Below the pieces are notes generated by a model that had not been told where the DNA came from, did not search any database, and worked only from the letters and a program-made list of their open reading frames with translations. This document shows, in pieces, positions 58,101 to 64,000 of a stretch of 64,000 bases of DNA; the first letter of the stretch is position 1, and each line of letters opens with the position of its first letter. The position numbers were made by a program, and so were the translations under genes. Origin of the DNA: Candidatus Micrarchaeota archaeon (GTDB lineage: Archaea; Micrarchaeota; Micrarchaeia; Anstonellales; Bilamarchaeaceae); the NCBI GenBank assembly GCA_014727975.1, contig WJMK01000014.1:2558-66557 (forward strand). Direction: 5' to 3'.

Positions 58101-58619
58101 CTTGCTTTCATCTCCCAGGGATATTATTTTTTTCAGGCTTGATGCAAGCTCCCCTGCTTCTTCCTTAATGCTCTGGGGGAGGAAGAAAGTATTGGTGATT
58201 ACTGCAATATTCCTATCCTCAAAAATGTGTATATGCATATACGAGGGCTCTTTTTCTGTCTCTTCCCCTGCTGCTTTCCTGTCAATAAGCTCCTGGTTCT
58301 CTTTTGCGTAGTACTCCAGCTCTTCCCTGAAATCATTCCCCTTAGGCGGAAGTGGAATTGCTTCCGATGGCTTTTCGAACTGAAGGAACTCATCGGTTAT
58401 AAGGGGCTTCCTGCCCCAGAGGGTAAGGTAAGTATCATCAGTGGGGTCCGGCTCAACTCTTCCCTGCAGGAGTGCAATACCGGTTTCAAGCATCCTCATT
58501 GATTCAGAAACAGCTTCATCCTCTATAGGAGGGAGTTCTTCCCTGCGTGAGGGGACCTGGTCCAGTGGGCTCTCTGCCTTTGTTTTTTTGCCTTTCTTCA
58601 CCAGGGCGGACTTGACCAT
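55167..58619 (-). CDS. 1150-aa uncharacterised helical protein with central glycine-rich hydrophobic region
   Basis: Single long ORF; AVGGVAGALSTRNPAGAWAGAKTGASVGSFIVASAGAFITG and further hydrophobic stretches. Confidence 0.7.
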   Translation of the reverse strand: MVKSALVKKGKKTKAESPLDQVPSRREELPPIEDEAVSESMRMLETGIALLQGRVEPDPTDDTYLTLWGRKPLITDEFLQFEKPSEAIPLPPKGNDFREELEYYAKENQELIDRKAAGEETEKEPSYMHIHIFEDRNIAVITNTFFLPQSIKEEAGELASSLKKIISLGDESKTLTASGCFEELKFSLHKQMAYSELADEAFSKGKVKFAGLMQEISDTYGIIAKEMSSRIRWLGEGKGISEMASRTITPAQEKLKKLQKMAAEMQMKTATRALTGVEAIEKIERGIERGLYSNIEIAMYKQVSGQLNATLGRIKGFSKRGIERVSREGFDGLSGWQKAAVQEAISLVAHLECIAWKVDLKGREKALKAKVRGASQPVGMGRLLTHKHIPMHQLTAESREEMGLLGKRAMEHISYLKGFINHADDLTKSEKKKYSAKLDRMGVKAEKVLLPSELETLSRELETMLTGVEQVLSERHLEEEASDSTNPWNVRTSSYLKLYVLQHSLEIIGAGTAVGGVAGALSTRNPAGAWAGAKTGASVGSFIVASAGAFITGDAMHRYLSGTGNLEQAVEDMRLGATYMLFGLGGGPVAAISTPVKMIAGGGAALASSILMYEDIKKGNYWEVPADVAYIAIGGVAFLRTGIGAFRAIRLSKPLKSSMVIANSSGIARIALKAKDVAKARAVQITTRAMKVGYSPGWIGMNAAFGGLSQWNEISTAIENGNYSIALSSLNKGFAEVTRGMVGFDFALFGVAGSVLKAGAAPAARYFRVMVPAAQAKAASLLSAEGLYERVADMASKAGAKTFQAETNAQLLELVYASRGKVGAEYVQVTLGLESRAAAVSISKEINSSWTRVRRLISKGAAAGRGAWDKSARLIERASRTRAARVAAHGTKGAAVVGVIAYSELQRIEDEKLSEEIAQLLTKKEQQFVTSLLSFPQEDFGVPQLESREIASAMSLIDQISDEVDDGVHPLAVQLGLGGDIEKRKRFLFSCSLALMMEGREVTDKSLSSLASDMDSLLAETGIRLRVHSPVSTFSFMGSILLREGPDRFAKAYASMSRNVSADERYAYLDYIASSYYCALNFGRSTDWASDISYAAFSAFIEKDMEGNISGWTLARAFQKLDGTDYSPEQIIDIATRARIEIATGGFPAE

Positions 58620-58742
58620 GAATAAATAGCGTTGTTTAAACGATATAAATGTTTCCTTCTACGCCCCGGGAATATGAATTGCGCAGGACTGTAAAGCTTT
58701 AAAAACATCCTGCTCCAAGTAGGTCCAACTAATGGTGATTTA

Positions 58743-59174
58743 ATGGCTGAAAAGAAACCGGAAAAGAAAGCCGAAGCACCTGCAGCAGGGAAGCCAGTGG
58801 AAAAGAAGCCGGCTGCCCCTCCAACAGGAGGAGGAAATGAAAGCAACCTTCTCGCAGCTGCAGGCTATATTGTAGGGCTGATTGCAATTATCATGTACCT
58901 TGTAAAGAAAGAGGACAAGTTCCTTAGGTTCCACGCAATGCAATCTATCCTGCTCTGGGTGGGTGCATTTGTTGTTGCATTTGTTCTCTGGATTTTAAGC
59001 GCAGTTATCGGAATGGTCCCTGTAATAGGAGTACTCGGGTGTGTATTCGGGTTCCTTGGCCTTGCAATCTGGCTTGTTGCCGTGGTTGCAGCACTTTACT
59101 GCGCATACAAGGCATTTGAGGGGGAAAAATACGAGCTTCCGTACATCGGCCCGATGGCAAGGAAGTACGAGTAA
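58743..59174 (+). CDS. DUF4870-like small membrane protein
   Basis: NLLAAAGYIVGLIAIIMYLVKKEDKFLRFHAMQSILLW...LYCAYKAFEGEKYELPYIGPMARKY. Confidence 0.85.
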   Translation: MAEKKPEKKAEAPAAGKPVEKKPAAPPTGGGNESNLLAAAGYIVGLIAIIMYLVKKEDKFLRFHAMQSILLWVGAFVVAFVLWILSAVIGMVPVIGVLGCVFGFLGLAIWLVAVVAALYCAYKAFEGEKYELPYIGPMARKYE

Positions 59175-59258
59175 ACTCCTTAATTTTTTCTTCTTTTTCC
59201 TTTTTCTTATTCTTCAGGTAAAACACAGAGACCAGCGTAGCACCGTGTTTTTTGGTTC

Positions 59259-59303
59259 TGTCTTGAGCGCTAGCTCAAGAGAAGAAATCGTTAGATTTCT
59301 CAG
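59259..59303. repeat. Convergent intergenic double hairpin, CTTGAGC-n4-GCTCAAG followed by AGAAGAAATC-n4-GATTTCT and T-run
   Basis: ctTGAGCgctaGCTCAagagaagaaatcgttagatttctcagactttttg. Confidence 0.7.
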
Positions 59304-59339
59304 ACTTTTTGCTTAGCGTAAACCTCCTGTAAAAAGCGA

Positions 59340-62300
59340 TTACATGAAATCCGAGAGCCCTGTCTGCTTTACCTGCTCATCCTCAAATATGCTGCCGATT
59401 TCCCTCTCCAGAAGCTCAAGCCTCTGGCTCAGGTAAAGCGGAAGTGAATACTCCTCAACCATGCGCTTGGAGATTTCCAGGTATTTCATTATGCCTCCCT
59501 TGTGGATGGTGAGGGTAAGCTTGCCCCCGCAACGGGCGCATTTGCCGGAAAGGGGGGTGCGCCGGTAAATCGTATTGCAGTCCACGCAGCGGAAGGTCTG
59601 CCTGGAGTAGGAGCGGAGGTTGCCATAGAGGTCCGGGATAAAGTGGCTTAGGATAAGCCTTTCTGCAGCATTGCTTACATTCACAGGGCGTAGCTTTTCA
59701 TGGAGCCCAAACTCTGCTTCAATTTTTTCAGGGATGGAGCCCAGGGTTACATACGTTGTGCGCATCGGGCCATCGTTTATTGTTTCCGTGTCGTGGGTAA
59801 AGAGGAGGTCTGCATACTGCTCTTCTTTTCCAAGGAGGTCCTGTATAGTCTTGAGCTTCACTTCCCCGGGGAATGCGTTGCGCGCGCATGCGCGGTAGAA
59901 CTCCAGGGGGTAATGGTCTACCACCTCCATGCAATGGACCTCATCATCTACCTCACTTGGGTTGATTTGGGGGGTAATTGTAAGGGGGGCGTCCATTGTT
60001 CCGCCCCTCCTATCGGATAGGTAGGAGCGGGAAAAATTAACCAGGCAGTCTAAAAGCAAGATTATTGCATCTTCATCTCCATCGCAGTTGCGGCGCTTTG
60101 CAGTATGGAAATAGGGGTGTGCATACCCCACATTCGCATCAGTATAGCCTATTATTCTGCCAAGCACGCTCCCGGAAGTGTGGGGAGAAAGCCCTACCAC
60201 GAGGTTCCCAAAAAGGTCCTCTTTTTCCTTAATATTATAGAACGGCTTCATTCCATAAAGGTGCACAAGCAGGTCATCCACAAAATCTGCAATCCTTGCA
60301 AGGTAATCCATTCCATGGGAGGAGACTAGTATGTCCTGGCAGTTTAATGCGACTACCTGGTCTGCGCTGGTTATGGGCTTTCCCTTATGGTCCTTGGTGT
60401 AGCCAAGCCTGCGTATCCCTTCCGGGGTCTGCCCTATTTCAGAAATCCTGAAATGGGTTATGGGCGCATCAGTTGCATCGAACCTGCAGGTTCCGTCCCT
60501 GAATACATAAACTTCATGCTTTGCGCGTAGGAAGCCCTTCTCCAGATGCTCAGGGATCTTGTCCATGCTTATCATTCCCTTCACGCCGCGCACTTCAGCA
60601 GGGGCAAAACCAAGCTCTGCCTTTACCTTTTCATACATCTCAACCAGGGGAACCGGGCGTCGGTCGTAGCAGAGCGTGGGGAGCTCACAATGCTCTTTTT
60701 CAGTAGTTACTGCTCCGCACTTTTGGCACACTCTCTCTTTCTTTGCAAGCTCCCCGCAGGAATGGCAGCGGGCGTAGAAAGTGGTGGCTCCGCATCCTGT
60801 GCATTTATAGCGTGCGACTTCCGCATTTATTGAGCGCTCCTTTTGCCTTGCCTTGAGGCTCTTGTATCGCTTGGTTATGCTGCGGTCCCTCATGGTGGCA
60901 GTGGGAAAAAGCACGTGTGGGCGCCCTTCCATCATCCTTTCTTTTGCCTTTTCCGGGCGGCCCATTCTTCCGCCTATGTATGTAGGGCTCTTGTCCCGCA
61001 CCTTGACTTCCGAGAGGCTATTGATATTGTCAAGAGGGGTAAGCTCTTCATTTAATCTTGGGGGCGCGGAGATCTCTTTGCCTGAAAGCATTCCAAATGA
61101 AGAGAGCAGTGCAAAGGCTTCGTCTCCTGCCAGAACTATTTTTCCTTCAGAGACCCTGTGCTCAACAAGGAGGTCCTCCAGGGCCTCCTTCCCTCCCGGG
61201 CCAGGGAGCTCGAGTCCCACTATCTCACCTGCGTCAAGTTTAAGAATTCCTCCTGAAAGCGAAGCGGAAAGCTCCCGGAGCCGTTCATTTGTAGAATCGT
61301 TCCAGTTGTATGTGTAATCCGGATGAAGGGGGACCTTGTGCTCCCTTGAAAGCTCAAATGCCTCTTTTGCAGTAGGGGTGCCCGGAGGATTTTCAACACC
61401 TGACTCCTGTGCTTCCTGGAGCCACCACTCAGGGCAGTATCCTGCAGGCATAAGAGGGTGGTTCGATTTTGAGAAATCCCCGTATGTAACAAGCATGTCC
61501 CCAAGAAAAAGGACTTCTTCAACATCATCATGGAGCTCTTCTGCCTGTGCACTTGTTTTTATACGGACAACAGAGCCGTTTTTCAGGCGCACAACCGGAC
61601 CTTCTATAGAATCGCAGGAAGTAAGGATTGCGCCTTTTCCAGGGCGCTCAACCTTAACATGCGTCCCGTTTGCTGTAAAGGAATCAAGAAGGTGCATAGT
61701 TGCAGGGTGTATATTCCTGCCCATTATCCCATTGGTGCGGCTGTGCCCATACCTTAGCCGGAACCCTCCCTTTGCCATTGGGTAGGCAAACACCGGCCGG
61801 CCTGCAACGAGACCGTCCAGGTAGCTTGGGTCAGGCTTTATCTCCACCTTGTCCTCCTTCTTCTTTACTTTGATTACCTCCTGGAGCCAGTCCCAGTCCA
61901 GCCCGAATTTCCTTGTGAATTTGAGCACTTTGGGTGCCTTTGCAGCAATTCCCTCGCATACAACCAGGGGGACTCCCCCTCTCACACGGTTGCTCTTTAT
62001 GCGCTCCAGGTTTCTGTGCACAGAAACTTCCACTTCTTCTGTGGGGTCCCCATCTATGCAAACCGGGCAATTGCGCACTATATGCGCAACGTGGCCATCA
62101 GGAGGCTTGTACTGGAGGTGTGTGCACCTGTGCTCATACACATTTACCTCCTCAACATATCTGGCAATCTCGGTCTCGGTAGGGCGGAAATCCCCTATGC
62201 CCGCCTTCCTGCGGGCATGGTCTGCAAGGGCTACGCTCAGGGCAGCAACAGTCCCCCCCGCACTGCGGATGGGGCCTGCAAAAAGGACAGATACATACTC

Positions 62301-62681
62301 GCTCCCGTCCGGGTTCTGGCTTAACCTTACATCCGCAATCCCTTCAGTGGGGGCTACAAGCACGCCCTCTGTAAGAATGCCCACGCTGGTGCGGATTGCC
62401 TGCTCAATTAGGGTGCGCTTGTCACCCTGGATTATCTCCCCTGAAGCAATCTTCTCTGCAATATTGAACGCAATTTCCGGTCGTGACATTCCGCCCTGCT
62501 CCATCTCCCGTATTATCGATGCGATGCCCCGTGGCCCCACAAGCCCTTCAACACGTGCTGCAACATCCTTTGCAATCGGAATCTCTACCTCTGGCTCAGG
62601 GTCAAAGCCCTGCCTGCGGGCCTCCTGGGCAAGGGAGTAAACCCGATCCAGCTCTTTCCTGAGGGATTCAAAATATTCCAT
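59340..62681 (-). CDS. polC: DNA polymerase II (PolD) large subunit DP2, intein-free in this window
   Basis: KNRDGDEDAI-like core read as TAKRRNCDGDEDAIILLLDCLVNFSRSYLSDRRGGTMDAPLTI; ENPGTPTAKEAFELSREHKVPLHP; C-terminal zinc motif CVDCNTIYRRTPLSGKCARCG. Confidence 0.97.
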   Translation of the reverse strand: MEYFESLRKELDRVYSLAQEARRQGFDPEPEVEIPIAKDVAARVEGLVGPRGIASIIREMEQGGMSRPEIAFNIAEKIASGEIIQGDKRTLIEQAIRTSVGILTEGVLVAPTEGIADVRLSQNPDGSEYVSVLFAGPIRSAGGTVAALSVALADHARRKAGIGDFRPTETEIARYVEEVNVYEHRCTHLQYKPPDGHVAHIVRNCPVCIDGDPTEEVEVSVHRNLERIKSNRVRGGVPLVVCEGIAAKAPKVLKFTRKFGLDWDWLQEVIKVKKKEDKVEIKPDPSYLDGLVAGRPVFAYPMAKGGFRLRYGHSRTNGIMGRNIHPATMHLLDSFTANGTHVKVERPGKGAILTSCDSIEGPVVRLKNGSVVRIKTSAQAEELHDDVEEVLFLGDMLVTYGDFSKSNHPLMPAGYCPEWWLQEAQESGVENPPGTPTAKEAFELSREHKVPLHPDYTYNWNDSTNERLRELSASLSGGILKLDAGEIVGLELPGPGGKEALEDLLVEHRVSEGKIVLAGDEAFALLSSFGMLSGKEISAPPRLNEELTPLDNINSLSEVKVRDKSPTYIGGRMGRPEKAKERMMEGRPHVLFPTATMRDRSITKRYKSLKARQKERSINAEVARYKCTGCGATTFYARCHSCGELAKKERVCQKCGAVTTEKEHCELPTLCYDRRPVPLVEMYEKVKAELGFAPAEVRGVKGMISMDKIPEHLEKGFLRAKHEVYVFRDGTCRFDATDAPITHFRISEIGQTPEGIRRLGYTKDHKGKPITSADQVVALNCQDILVSSHGMDYLARIADFVDDLLVHLYGMKPFYNIKEKEDLFGNLVVGLSPHTSGSVLGRIIGYTDANVGYAHPYFHTAKRRNCDGDEDAIILLLDCLVNFSRSYLSDRRGGTMDAPLTITPQINPSEVDDEVHCMEVVDHYPLEFYRACARNAFPGEVKLKTIQDLLGKEEQYADLLFTHDTETINDGPMRTTYVTLGSIPEKIEAEFGLHEKLRPVNVSNAAERLILSHFIPDLYGNLRSYSRQTFRCVDCNTIYRRTPLSGKCARCGGKLTLTIHKGGIMKYLEISKRMVEEYSLPLYLSQRLELLEREIGSIFEDEQVKQTGLSDFM

Positions 62682-62687
62682 TGCACT

Positions 62688-64000
62688 TCACCTAGTAAAA
62701 TCCAGGGTGCGCAGCCTTTCCTGCATAAATTCATAAATCGGGACTTTTGCAGGGGTAGGGATGTGCCCCTGCTTCTGCTGGAAATCCGTGGTGTCCTGGA
62801 ATGTCCCGGAATTAATTATCAGGGAGTCCCTGTATCGCATATATCCATTCTTGTGGACGTGGCCAAAATGCACCACATCTGGCTCGTTTTCAATTACCAT
62901 ATAGTCAAGCTTTTCCGGAACGACTGCGTTCCCCCCAAACATGGGGGAAAGGTGGCGCCTCTTCAGGCATTCTGCCATCACCTTTTCAGGGTGGTCATAG
63001 CTTAAGTGGGAAAGGCTCGCAATCCAGCTGTCTGAGGATGTGCCATGATAGAGTAAATGTTCGGTGTTTTCCACACATAGGGTTGATGGGCTGCCAAGGC
63101 TGAGCACATCACACCCCAGGATATCCTTCGGAAGTGCCGGCATTGGCTCTGCGCGCCTCACTGCATCGTGGTTCCCCGGGCATACGATCACCTCCAGGTA
63201 ATCCGGAAGCTCCTGCACAAAACCTGAAAAAAGCTCATACTGCTTGAATATGTCAAGGACGTCCAGGTCTTTCTCCTGGTTGGGGTAAATGCCTATCCCA
63301 TCCACTATGTCCCCTGCAACAAAAACATACTTCACTTTTCCTGCGAGTTCAGTGTTTTCGCCTTTTCCTGCAATCCAGTCTGTAAAGCGGTTAAAATAAT
63401 CCCCAAGGAATTGCTTGCTGCCAAAATGCAGGTCAGACAGATATACTGCCGCAAGGTCGCGCTCAGGCTTTTTCTTTTCCCTGGTAACTCTGAGGTCCGG
63501 CCATTCAAAATCCTCTGCAATTATAAACGCCTGGGCAACCTTCCCATAGATAAGGATTACATCATCGTTCACTATGTTCCTTGCCTTTTCAAATGCCTGC
63601 TCGTCACGTTGCGATATCACAACCTTGAACTGGCCGGTGAGGTCCTCTACCTGGAGCAGGATGTTCCCTTTCTTGGTTTCCCGGATTTCGGAAACCATTA
63701 CTATTGCCCGTATCTTCTGCCCTGCAAGCCTGGAAATCCCCTCCAGGTCTGCTTCAGGATATTTCCCGCTGTAGGTACGAAGGAGTGCGGAAAGCCGCTC
63801 ATAGCGGTTGCGGAAATAGTCCACAAAATCATTTACTCCTCCTTCTGTGCGGGATTTTCCTGTAACATCAAGGGATTCCCGCACTTTTATTTCAGGGGAA
63901 TATTCCTTTGCAGCGGGAGAGAAATCAGGGGAGAGGGAAACTTCAGCCTTAGTTGCCTCCGGCTTTATTTCTTTTTCTTCCTCCCTTTTTTTCAGAATGG
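62688..64000 (-). CDS. polB: DNA polymerase II (PolD) small subunit DP1; N-terminus beyond the window edge
   Basis: VYLSDLHFGSKQFL, GDIVDGIGIYP, VIVCPGNHDAVRRAEP. The frame stays open to base 64000, so the tabulated GTG at 63884 is unlikely to be the start. Confidence 0.93.
   Translation of the reverse strand, partial: ILKKREEEKEIKPEATKAEVSLSPDFSPAAKEYSPEIKVRESLDVTGKSRTEGGVNDFVDYFRNRYERLSALLRTYSGKYPEADLEGISRLAGQKIRAIVMVSEIRETKKGNILLQVEDLTGQFKVVISQRDEQAFEKARNIVNDDVILIYGKVAQAFIIAEDFEWPDLRVTREKKKPERDLAAVYLSDLHFGSKQFLGDYFNRFTDWIAGKGENTELAGKVKYVFVAGDIVDGIGIYPNQEKDLDVLDIFKQYELFSGFVQELPDYLEVIVCPGNHDAVRRAEPMPALPKDILGCDVLSLGSPSTLCVENTEHLLYHGTSSDSWIASLSHLSYDHPEKVMAECLKRRHLSPMFGGNAVVPEKLDYMVIENEPDVVHFGHVHKNGYMRYRDSLIINSGTFQDTTDFQQKQGHIPTPAKVPIYEFMQERLRTLDFTR

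Overview
The window is a dense archaeal chromosome segment. Archaeal markers are both subunits of DNA polymerase D, RNase P Pop5-type protein, AMP phosphorylase with ribose-1,5-bisphosphate isomerase, a Fap7/AK6 kinase, intron-containing tRNAs and TATA-like boxes upstream of genes. The many uncharacterised secreted proteins and mixed archaeal/bacterial gene content suggest a DPANN-type lineage, but that placement is inference only. Recognisable content includes proS, purM, purH, purE, cysS, rtcA, a class II HMG-CoA reductase, and a FeoA-FeoB-FeoC-like iron cluster with MinD/ferredoxin ATPases and a divergent DtxR-type regulator. There are five tRNAs; tRNA-Tyr and tRNA-Ala contain introns, and the Ala intron is long and strongly folded. 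I see no CRISPR array, rRNA, transposase, prophage or classical defence island. The best leads are: (1) a dispersed intergenic hairpin element with one complex copy at each of two loci about 41.6 kb apart in opposite orientation, plus shorter relatives sharing a TTGAGC-n-GCTCAA stem; (2) two pairs of CTTACG-N6-CGTAAG hairpins, each pair with 33-bp start-to-start spacing, at the 5' end of a DUF4143-type ATPase gene, beside a perfect 9-bp inverted repeat and a G4 motif; (3) an 841-aa protein with a helical N-terminus and a putative caspase-like/CHAT-like His/Cys dyad; (4) an adjacent pair of 739-aa and 1150-aa unknown proteins between cysS and the PolD genes; (5) unusual domain architectures (thioredoxin-CcdA, kinase-APH order, SGNH with an inserted coiled region). 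No function or novelty has been verified by database search.
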